A DNA stretch of 33,817 nt, taken from Salpingoeca rosetta (lineage: Eukaryota > Protista > Choanoflagellata). Location: assembly GCA_033442325.1 (NCBI GenBank), contig JAWQFM010000024.1:1140490-1174306 (forward strand). The letters run 5' to 3'. The first letter of the stretch is position 1, and each line of letters opens with the position of its first letter. The notes below the pieces were generated by a model that saw only the letters and a list, made by a program, of their open reading frames with translations, had not been told where the DNA came from and did not search any database. Below, piece after piece: positions 23,801 to 33,817 of the stretch. The position numbers and the translations under genes are program-made.

Positions 23801-23873
23801 GATGCACATCGGAGAACATCGGTGCACATCGGTGCACATCGGAATACATCGGAATACATCGGAATACATCGGT
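23801..23873. repeat. Seven 10-bp tandem units with invariant ACATCGG core, about 250-320 bp upstream of gene 4
   Basis: gatgcacatc ggagaacatc ggtgcacatc ggtgcacatc ggaatacatc ggaatacatc ggaatacatc gg. Confidence 0.9.
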
Positions 23874-24000
23874 GTACCGAACCATACGCAGTTCAAAGTT
23901 CCGAAATGAATGTTGGGAGGAAACGGGTTGCATGCATGCAAAACAAACAAAGAAACAAGGTTGAAGCGTGATGAAGAGGAAGACAGAGAGGGAAGAGCAG

Positions 24001-24037
24001 TGCTCTCCTGTGCTCTCCTGTGCTCTCCTGTGCTCTT
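24001..24037. repeat. 10-bp tandem repeat (tgctctcctg)x3
   Basis: Read directly. Confidence 0.85.
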
Positions 24038-24227
24038 GGTTCGGCTTCATGCCTTTCATGGACACCGTGAACACCCCTTTGCCACAACAGCGCTCATGCA
24101 CCCTCACACACACACACACACACATATTCTCACACACGCACACACAACGCACACACACACGAACACACGCACACACACACGCACACGCACGCGCACTGGA
24201 TCGGATGTAAAGATGCAGAATGGTTGT

Positions 24228-24577
24228 TGACGTCGTGTGCAACGAGCAGCGGCACTGGACAACGAGGTCGCAACGGAGTGGCAAGCTGGGCAACCGGTTG
24301 TGTTGCTGAGGAGCGGATGCAAAACGCGCTCGCTGTCATGTGCACGAGCACATTGGCGGGGTCGGGACCGCGGTGGCATCCCATGCACTTCCCCGGAGTG
24401 CGTGCTGTGACTTTTTTCTCACTCCTCCGTGCCATTCTGCGATGACGTGAGTTCGGAATGCAAAACGCAAGTCATGCCAGTCCCTTTGGGCAAACAAGAC
24501 ACGAGCAAGACGAAGAACAGAACAGAACAGCACAGAACTGCTGTTGTGTGTTGTGTATGTGTGTGTGTGTGTGGTGT

Positions 24578-24621
<44 letters not shown>

Positions 24622-24970
24622 CCCTGCTGTGTCTGCTTTGTGGGTGCTGCACCAGACACACACACACACACACACACACCCATACGCACACACGCAGTGA
24701 GGTGTTCGGGGTGCCTTGCTCTCGCCTTTGGCCTTGTGACGTCGGTTGGAACGTTGTGGCTGGGATGATCGGCTGGTTGCGGGGCATGTTGCAAGAAACG
24801 ATTTGTGTGTGAGGTATGTGCACGTGCGAAACGGTGGAGACGTGACGATGGCGGGTCATTCCACCTTTATCGTGTCCTCACGTTTCCCAGCAATATCTTC
24901 CACAAAATTTGCGCTTCGATCTTCAAGGACGTCAGTGTTTGCCCCAACGCGCCATGAGAAAGCATGACGT
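24228..24970. promoter_or_regulatory. Cluster of five TGACGT (CRE/ATF-type) motifs in the divergent intergenic region
   Basis: TGACGT at 24228, 24443, 24737 and 24965, and its reverse complement at 24929. Function unproven. Confidence 0.3.
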
Positions 24971-26320
24971 GTGACGCGAGAGTGCGCAGTTTTTCTTGCA
25001 GCTCCAAGGCAGGCAAGTCAACCACGCACACACACTGCCAAGCGAAAAACCTTCCCCCTCTCGTTGTTGAGGGAATGCGCTGTTGTTTGTTGATTGCTTT
25101 CCACCATAACCCAACCAGCTGCACTCTCGCCACTGTCCTCCTCCTCGTTCACCTTGCTTGCTTGCTTGCTTTCTTTCTTGTGTGCTTGTGTACTTGCGTG
25201 GGGGGTCAACAGCCAGCAGCAGAACAGAGGAAGAAGCCGCGCGCACACAGACAGGAAGGAGGAGGTGGGGCTGTGGTGATGCACCCATTCGCCCACCATT
25301 TTTTCCATTGCCACCCCCATCAAACACAACCCTGTGCCGTGCCAACCCTCTCTTCCCTCTCCTCATCTTCCTCCGCCGGGGCGATTCGCCTTGTTGATGT
25401 TGGTGTTGGTGTTCCATCTGCTCTTCTTTGCCTTGTTTTGTTGTTGAGGTGTCCTGTTGAGTGAGGTGTGCATCCTTCCGGCTGCATACACAAGACCGAC
25501 AGCCCTTTCTTTTCGCAAGAAGGTGAGCAGCTCGCTCTCATATGTGTGTGTGTGTGTGTTGTGTGTGCGTTTGCATGTGACTGTGTGTATGTTTGCATGT
25601 GCATGTGTGTGATTGTGTGTGTGTGTGTGTGTGGAAAGCCTTGCTCCCTCCCTTGCTCCCTGCCACTGTGCTTGCTGCCACCGTCCCCTCCGACATCATC
25701 ATCCCTTGTTTTTGTTGGGACAGTCGCGCCTTACTGATGAGCCACCGCTGTTGCGACTCATTCACATTCGCTGTTTTTCGCACTGCCGCTTTCTTGCGTT
25801 TCTTTTCGTGACCATCGTCCGTGCGTGCGCGCGTGTGTGTGTGTGTGTGTGTCGGGGTGTGCTTGCGCGTGTGCCTGTGCTTGTTGTGGGCTGTGGCTGT
25901 TGGCTTGTGATTGCTGTTTGGGTCGTCGGTTGTTGTTGTTGTTCGGTTTGGTTTGGTTTGGCGTGGCTTGGTTTTGCTGGCTGTTGTGTGTGTGCTTTTC
26001 TGGGCTTTGTGGCAGTGTGTTCATCATCATCATCATCACAGCAACGCCAATCGTCCACGCAACGCAAGCCATCAATCCAGGCTGCGCAAAACCACTGGAC
26101 TCGTGGACTTACGCTTCTCTTCTCCTCGTCTGCTGTTGTCTCCTCCTCTCCCCTCTTCTCCTCCTCTTCTTCTCCTTTCTTCTTCGCCTCTGTTTGGTCG
26201 CTCGTGCATATGGTTTGACAGCGCAGTGGCCAATTTCAGGCACACCCTGCGCAGCAGCCGAGACCGAAAGGGGGGAAAACACGACCAACCAACCAATCGG
26301 GCAGGCACAGGCAGTGAGTT

Positions 26321-26382
<62 letters not shown>

Positions 26383-26852
26383 TTTGAACAGTGAAACGGT
26401 TTCCACCTGCACACACACACACACACTCACTACACTCGCAAACACACTCACTACACTCGCAAACACACTCACTGCGCACTCTAACACCCTCACTGCACAC
26501 TCTAACACCCTCACGTACTCACACAAACACATGTGTACACTACACCAACCCCGTCTGCCTTTTCCACGTCACCTCTTGCCTGCAGGCAACAATCGCGCCT
26601 CCACTGTGCCGCTTCCCTGCTGAGCATCGCACCACCTGTCAACCAGTCAAACGGCTGTCGCGGCGCGCGCGAGAGAGTTGCGCCAACAGCACCCCGTACC
26701 CACAAGCCATCACAGAACCGACAGTGATTTAGGCCACCACAACAACAGCCTTCACACACACACATACTTACGCGCACACTTAGGAACGCGCACACACGCA
26801 CACACACACACAAACACACACATCTACACGCGCGCGCGCACACACACAAACA

Positions 26853-26890
<38 letters not shown>

Positions 26891-26985
26891 CACACACACA
26901 CCTACACACACACATCTGTCGACAACAGCAGCACGGCCAAACATCCGCGCGACGCGCAGTGCTGGCTTTACCGTGGACCTATGTC

Positions 26986-27484
26986 ATGCGGCGGGGCAGC
27001 GTTGGCCCTGCTGACACTGCAAGCGACGACTCGCAATCGCCAGCCACAAAGAAGCCCCACGTCCAGCTTCACCCCACTGCACAACACCACCATCAACCAC
27101 AGCAGCAGCAGCAACACCAGCAACACCAGCACCACGGGCCGCCATCCGCGCGGCTCCACTCTGCATCTTCAACAACATCACGCACTACCCCGTACTTCAG
27201 CCCGCCGCGCCACGCCGAGGGCGAGCAGCACCGCCTGCAGCAACAGCTGCCGTCCCCTCTGCTTCCCTCGCCAACCGCACAAATCGCCAACATGGCCATC
27301 GCTTCAGATCTGACACAGGCCCACAACGAGGCGGGCCAACACCACCACCAACACCATCAACAGCCCCAACACCAGCACAGCCACCACCACCAGCAGCAAC
27401 AGTTCTTCCCTCAAGGTCCTCATCAGCAACAGGTTGAAGAACACCACCACCACCACCATCATGAGCCACACCAACTCGAACAAG

Positions 27485-27531
<47 letters not shown>

Positions 27532-28510
27532 CGACTACGACACGGCATGGGAGAGGAGGAGGAGGAGGGGGCCCATGTGCATCACGACAGCAGGCAGCGA
27601 TCGCCGTCACTCGCCAGCAGCCGGCTACAACACCACCTGCAAGACCAGCGTCCGGAGGAGCACGCTGCACAGCTGACAAAGGCGAAAGATGACCCACAGC
27701 GAGCACAGCAACAGCACGCAACGAATGAGGATGATGATGATGATGATGATGGGGGCGAGTCAGGTGCGCAAGACCAACGACAGATTATCCCGCACTCCCT
27801 GCAGCAGCTGCTTGGCTACGGTGCATCGCCATCGGCAGCATCATCCGCCAGGCACACGCCGTCCACACAGACGGCGTGGTCCCACGGCGAGCATCGACTC
27901 AGCACGGACAGCAGAGGCAGCAGCGCCATCCATCATCAGCATGACCAGCACGAGCTGCTGCTCCAGCAGCATCCCGAAGCCACCAGCCACGAGGCGCAAG
28001 CCCTACTGAAAGTCTTGTTTCAGCAGCAACAATACCAGCAACAGCGGTACTCGCGCCAACAAGAAAGGCAGGCGCTGTACTCCCCCCAGCAGCAACAGCC
28101 GCAACATCATCAACAACAACGCCATCAAGAGCAGCACGGTCAGCCGCACTTGATATCGGCCGCCCAACGGGCGCAGCCCACGGGCGCAGGGGAGCTCGAC
28201 AACCTGGACGTGGCTGCGTTGGCGAACGCCCTGCTGCTGGGTACTGGGCATGCGCAGCCATCACCAAACCCAGAGCTACAACACCACCAGCAGCAGCACC
28301 CGCAGGAAGGCAGCGAACAGTACCAGCTGGGTGAAGAGCAGCAACAACAGCGGCCTCGACGACCTGTCCCGCCCCCACCAGTTATGGATCCCAGTGCGTC
28401 GCTGTCACAGGGTCACCACGAGCGAACAGCGGCAGGGGCGTGGATGCGCATGCTGGGCGGCCCACAGCCGCAGCAGCAGAACATGCACGACATGCTCGCT
28501 GCTCTCGTGC

Positions 28511-28577
<67 letters not shown>

Positions 28578-29955
28578 TCCAATGTTGACGCCCACAGCAC
28601 AGGCGAGGAGAAGAGTGTCGTCGAGTCTCCAACAGCCTCAGCCAGCGCTTGAAACAAGCAGTGAGCACACGAGTCCAGGGTCATCAGAAGTGCAGTCCTT
28701 CTTTGTCGCTCAACAAAAAGCAGCATTACAACAACAACTGCAGCAGCAGCAGCAGCAGCCAGCACAGCCTGCGTCAGGGCTGGAGTTGACGGGTGCTGGT
28801 GACATGAGCTCCCTACCATACAAAGGCCATCATTTGCAGCAGCGGCAACAACGGCAGCAACGGCAGCCGCTCATGTTCAGCCCAGCGTCGCGCACGCCAA
28901 TGTCGCCGCAACTCGCGGCACCGTCGCCAGCACTTCTCCCATTTGCGGCTTCTTCAGTCTCAGCCATGCGCGAGCCGGTTGCACGTGCCCCTGCCCAACC
29001 GGGCCTGAGTCAGGCCACACTGACGCCACTGCCGTTTAATCCTCCTGCACCCGCACCCCAACAGCAGCATCAACATCAACAGCAGCAGCAGCAGCAGTCG
29101 CCGTGGGTGTCGTCGTTGCTCTCAATGATGAGCGCTTCCCAGTCACTGCAGCAGCAGACGCAGCAGCACCAGATGCTACAGGAGGAGCACCGCCAGCAGC
29201 GGCGAAAGCACCAGGGCCGCATCAAGAGCAAACGCTATCGCGAGCGGAAGAAGGCGCTCCTCACCACCTTGGAACACGAGGCCAAGCAGTTGCACCAGCA
29301 ATGTCACCACACGCTTGCACTCCTCGTCTCTCGTGGGCTCGACGTCAACTCAATCATTCAGGTGTGTGTGTGTGTGCGTTTTTTTGCTGTGTTTTGTGTG
29401 TGATGTGTGTGTGTGTGTGTTGTGCCCATCATGTCTTCCTTTCTTCTTGATCCCCCCCCCCCTTCCATCTGCTCACTTCTGAATGGTTGTCCATTGCTGT
29501 ACATGTGTTTGTGTGTTCGTGCGTGCAGACATTCCCGACCCAGCTTGGGCAGCGCGAGTTTCGCGTGCCTTATGTTCGGCAATCGTACTCTGACGAACAT
29601 TTCCAAGCTGTAAGCCCTCTCGCCACATTGCTTTGCCATGGCCTTGAAGTGCTTGCATGCATGCAAGCGGGTTCAATGCACGTGTTGTTATGCCTGCGGC
29701 GGACTTGCTCGGCCATTGCGTCGCTAACGACAGCATCACTCATCCCCGATCATTGTGCAGGATTGTACACGCGAAGGGCTGGCGTTTGCAAATGAGGAGG
29801 AGGCTCGCCATGAGAAAAGCAAGAGGACTTCTCGCTTCTATCGCGCAGAAAAACGGCGTGAAGAGAAAGGTGGGATGTTTGTCTGTGTTTGTTTGTGTGC
29901 TTATATTTGTGTGGAGGGTTCTTTTGGGTATGTGTGTATATGCGTGTGGAGGTTT

Positions 29956-29998
<43 letters not shown>

Positions 29999-30583
29999 AG
30001 GGTTCTTTTGGGCATGTGTGTGTGTGTGTTGAGGTTTCTTTTGGGCATGTGTGTGTGTGTTGAGGGTTCTTTTGGGCATATGTGTGTGTGTGTGTATGTG
30101 TGGAGGGGTCTTTTGGGTGGTGCTGCTCGTTTGTCAGCACGCCTTGTGCGTGTGCCTCGCTTGTTTTGTCCTTGTTCACATGAGCTGTGTTCTCACGTGT
30201 GCTCCGCTGTTGCTGTTGGGTCTTCTGTCCCGTGTGGCGCTGCGCGTGCGCGATGCTCTGCTCCGAATTCTTCTGTTGGTGCAGCCTGGAACGAACATGT
30301 TGCCGGATATCGGAGGTGCCTGTCCCATCTCGAGGATTTCTACACCGCCTTTGGCACAATGCAGCCACCACCACACCACCAGCAGCAGCAGCAGCATCAA
30401 CAGCAACGACAACAACAACGACACCACTCTTCGTCTTCCTCCATGGTTCGTGAACCCACTGGTCGCGCAAGTGGGAGAGCGTGCAACATGTATTTCACAC
30501 ACGCACGCTCTAAACGATCATCTCATGCACATCATACTAACAACACGCGCGCTGCTGTACACGTTCCACAAACACTTACACAC

Positions 30584-30662
<79 letters not shown>

Positions 30663-30691
30663 GTCTTCACCATGACCAGGGGCAAAACTAG
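26986..30691 (+). CDS. Gln/His-rich putative transcription factor with two tandem bZIP-like domains (5 exons, about 912 aa)
   Basis: Exons 26986-29361, 29529-29609, 29761-29869, 30285-30445, 30680-30691, all GT-AG and phase-consistent. The last intron and the start codon are less sure; an acceptor at 26958-26959 could bring in upstream exons. Domain 1: RQQRRKHQGRIKSKRYRERKKALLTTLEHEAKQLHQQCHHTL. Domain 2: EEEARHEKSKRTSRFYRAEKRREEKAWNEHVAGYRRCLSHL. Confidence 0.8.
29908..30120. repeat. Intronic minisatellite: about 6 copies of gagggttcttttgggcat separated by (GT)n
   Basis: Degenerate copies read directly in intron 29870-30284. Confidence 0.8.
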
Positions 30692-32119
30692 CAGCTTGTA
30701 GAAGAATCCCTGAATCCCTGAATTCACTGCTCGTGATTGACCCCCAACGCCTCGTCCTATTCGTCGTCATCATCGTGTTTTGCCGCCTGCTGGCGACTGG
30801 AGGCTGTTGTTGAAGCAGACCATACCTCCGCCGTTGGCAGGCTGAATTGAAATGAAAGTTTCACCCACGAAGACCCCAACCGCCACACAAGCCATAGAAG
30901 TCAGGCAGCAATCTAGACACTCTCGTGTTTCTTCACCGTCATCCCCATCGACAACAAAGCAAGTACTCTACTGCGACATATCCCTTCTTTGATGCCCAGC
31001 TACCATTGTCAGGTGTTTGTCGCCCCTTCACTGCCAATAGACGCCCTGTTGACCGTCCCCACGTTCGCCTCCATTGTCGTTCAGCAATGTGTGTTCCGTC
31101 TGTTCGTCAACTTTTCCCTACTTTTGCAACTCAATCGCATGTCAGCGCTGGCAAGCAACATTCTTGCCCACGTTCCTCATCTTGGTCTTGTTTCGAAGAG
31201 GGGAGGCTGGAGCGCCTGCTGGGCACGTGCATCTGTGCACATACTCGCCTTGTGCAGAAGGGGTCGCCTCCAAGCAGCCACGCGCCCCAGCGCCTTCCCC
31301 AATCACCTCCATCTCCCTCTTCACATCCCCACATGTTTGCTGTACATACAGTTTCTCAGTTCTCAGCTGCCTTGTTCCGATCCAGTGATCGCCCAGAGAC
31401 AATACACCAGTTCACTATCGTGATTCGTGTTCGAGGAAGTGCATGAGAGCAGCGCTGCGGCGCAGAAGGGGCGAAGGCGGCTTGTGACGACGGAGAGGAC
31501 AGAGAGTGTATCTGTCTGCTTGTGTAGTGTGCTTGTGCGACTGTGATACTGTGATGGAGTGTGTTGATGAGCAAGATGTTGAACAGCAGTGCAGATGCTC
31601 GTCACAAGGCGAAGAAGCAACAGGGAGTTGCGAGACGGCTTTGGTGGTGTAGGCGTGGGGCTTTCCCTTCCGCTTCTCGGCTTCTCTCGGCTTCTCTCGT
31701 TGCTTGCTTAGTTGCCTTGACCCACTCCAGCCTCTGAGCGTGCCTACCTGGCTGGACTGGGACAAAGACAAAGGAAGAAGTCAAGCAAAGTGCATTTGCA
31801 AGCTGCATGCGGTCATGTGTTGGGTGGATGAGCAGGCAGCCCTCTTCCTTCTTGCTGCCGTTGGTGTGTGCCTGTGCAGGAGTGCTTGTGCAGGAGAGCA
31901 AAGAAGAAAGAACTAACATAAAGAACGAGACGAAAGCGTTGGAGCAGGAGCGTTTCTCATGTCCTTCTTGGGTTGCGGAGCTTTGCTGCTGGTTGCTGTG
32001 GGCGGTGCGGTTGTAGAAATTTGGAGCAAAGTTTCCAACAGTTATCGACAAGCGGATGAGTCAGCAACAGCGACGAAAGCAAGGAAGGAAGGACGACAAC
32101 CAACCAGACAACCGCGACG

Positions 32120-33202
32120 ATGGACGTGCCAGACGCCGCCAAAGACGTGAAGGTGTGTGTGCATGTGTGTGTGTGTGTGCATGTGTGTGTGTGTGTGCAT
32201 GTGTGTGTGCATGTGTGTGTGTGTGTGTGTGGAAGAGAGAGTGAGAGAGTATGTATTTGTGAGCGTTCGTTGACGTTTGTTGACGTTCGTTGTCGTTTGT
32301 TGACGTTCGTTGTCGTTCGTTGTCGTTCGTTGTCGTCTCCACCGTTCGTTGACGTCTCCACTTGTCTGCGTCTGTGTGTCGCACATGGTGTAGCGCTTCA
32401 TCAAGACGGGTGAGGCCCTTCAAGCGCAAGCGCCGTACGCCACGTTTTGGTGTAAGTCCGTGGCAGCATGTTCATGTGATTGATTGTGTAGGTGTGCATG
32501 GAAGAACGGGTGTTGTTTCTCTGTCTGATGGAAACATGCTTCCACACACACACACACACACACAACACTTCGTTTACGACACAAACACACGTGCACACGT
32601 ATACGCGCGTCAGGCTGGATGCATGCGCTGGAGGTCATGGTTCCACGCGTGCAACAAGACCCAAGCTTACAAGGGTTTGTCATCCAACTCATGGACAGTG
32701 TCGAACAGGTGCGTTCGTCAGGCGTAGGTGTGTGAATGTGTGTGCGTGTATGTGTGTGCGGATGTGTGTGACTGTACTCTTGTGTTCTTGTATGTGTGTG
32801 TGTGCTTGTATGCTTGCGAGAATTCTTTTCATCTGTGTGAACGTGTGTGTGCGAGCGTTCCCTCTCGTTCGCGCGCGTCTCTCGATGTCAATTTCTCATT
32901 CTGGTTCCACAATACTTCTTGCTTGCGCGGACAGATGAAAACACAACATGGCCAGCTTAGCAGCGTGTCCGACAAGGACACGGGCCGCGTGAGTCCTGCA
33001 TCCCTTTGCGTGCGTGTGTGTGTGTGTGTCATCAATTCTTGTATCCTTCTCTGTGTGACCATTGCCCCAAGCAAAGGCAAAAGCTCATGCATGTTTTGGC
33101 CTCCACCTGTTTGCTGTTGCAGGAGTCTGTGGCGCTGCTCGCTGCCAAGATCTTCCAGCAGGCCGACCGCGAAGACCACGCAGGCGCAACAATGTATGCC
33201 AG

Positions 33203-33255
<53 letters not shown>

Positions 33256-33429
33256 TTGAATGTCGAGTGCTGGCGCCAATCAAGCCCCTTTGCCCTGACC
33301 CACATACACCCATTCCTCATCTCCACCAACTACGATAATGTAACGGTTTGTAGGGGCACGGCGCTCAAGTTCCGCACGGCGAGCACGCTATTCGACGTGT
33401 GCAAGGCCATGAACCCCGACATCGATGAG
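32120..33429 (+). CDS. VTA1: Vta1/LIP5 (Vps4 cofactor, ESCRT pathway), N-terminal tandem MIT region; 3' end lies beyond the window
   Basis: Exons 32120-32152, 32394-32451, 32614-32708, 32935-32988, 33123-33193, 33354-33429 splice to MDVPDAAKDVKRFIKTGEALQAQAPYATFWCWMHALEVMVPRVQQDPSLQGFVIQLMDSVEQMKTQHGQLSSVSDKDTGRESVALLAAKIFQQADREDHAGATMGTALKFRTASTLFDVCKAMNPDIDE. This matches the Vta1 motifs P..A..C..A, LMD..E..K, A.K.F..AD.ED.AG and F.TAS.L.DV. Confidence 0.88.
32264..32355. repeat. 10-bp degenerate tandem repeat (cgttYgttgW) in Vta1 intron 1
   Basis: cgttcgttga cgtttgttga cgttcgttgt cgtttgttga and further copies. Confidence 0.85.
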
Positions 33430-33473
33430 GTGGGGTCGATCAACCAGGAATCCCGCGCCGTATGCGTGCGTGC

Positions 33474-33544
<71 letters not shown>

Positions 33545-33598
33545 TGTGAGTGTGGTGAGTGGCCACTAACAAACATATACTCTCGCACTCTCTCTTCG

Positions 33599-33664
<66 letters not shown>

Positions 33665-33805
33665 TCTCTCTCTGTCTCTCTCTCTCTCTCTCACGCACGC
33701 ACGCATACAGAGCGGGAGTTGTGAGCGCTCGCCCCCACCACATCGCTGGGTGGTTACGTGCCCTCTGCACATATAAAATCGCGGTGCGCGCCCGTCAAAA
33801 ATATA
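33376..33805. repeat. Long imperfect inverted repeat; near-perfect core arms begin at 33460 and end at 33708
   Basis: gtatgcgtgcgtgcgtgagagagag..(GT)n is the reverse complement of (CA)n..ctctctctcacgcacgcacgcatac. Weaker similarity continues outward across the exon 6 donor into the exon. Confidence 0.8.
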
Positions 33806-33817
33806 TAGACACCCACC

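Noticed and set aside
24788-24799. GTTGCAAGAAAC, resembling an RFX X-box
   Set aside because: Imperfect single match, far from any start; no full X-box seen upstream of the TRP gene.
24336-26500. Short ORFs in the divergent spacer (e.g. 24932..25417, 25538..25783)
   Set aside because: No domain motifs, and I could not build a phase-consistent exon chain; a small gene or lncRNA cannot be fully excluded.
29908-30120. Repeat-spacer appearance suggesting CRISPR
   Set aside because: The spacers are (GT)n, the repeats are degenerate, it lies in a eukaryotic intron and there are no cas genes.
30700-32050. Microsatellite-poor stretch with 100-170 aa ORFs; possible mobile element or ncRNA
   Set aside because: No terminal repeats, transposase motifs or recognisable RNA structure; most simply 3' UTR plus the Vta1 promoter.

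Overview
This is intron-rich eukaryotic DNA saturated with (CA)n/(GT)n microsatellites and poly-Q/T/D codon runs. The style fits a choanoflagellate such as Salpingoeca rosetta, which is an inference. Most of the supplied ORF track is microsatellite noise; the real genes appear only after manual splicing (GT-AG ends, phase-checked). Six genes are supported. (1) The last exon of a protein ending in a CHFR-type PAR-binding zinc finger (115-239, +). (2) A two-exon type I membrane protein of about 1148 aa: signal peptide, His-rich/poly-Thr stalk, TM helix, ankyrin repeats and a C-terminal bZIP-like domain (958-4732, +). This is a Notch-like layout carrying its own DNA-binding module. (3) A 43-exon TRP-type cation channel of about 1791 aa with roughly 650 aa of N-terminal WD40 repeats, ankyrin repeats and a PDZ-binding C-terminus (5825-20126, -). 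(4) A low-complexity protein with an RVxF motif and a DP71L/GADD34-like segment (20933-23553, -). (5) A Gln-rich protein with two tandem bZIP-like domains (26986-30691, +), divergent from gene 4 across about 3.4 kb. (6) The 5' part of Vta1/LIP5 (from 32120, +), whose sixth exon and donor have an inverted degenerate copy in the next intron. No rRNA, tRNA, CRISPR array or transposase was recognised. All family calls come from motif recognition by eye, not database searches.
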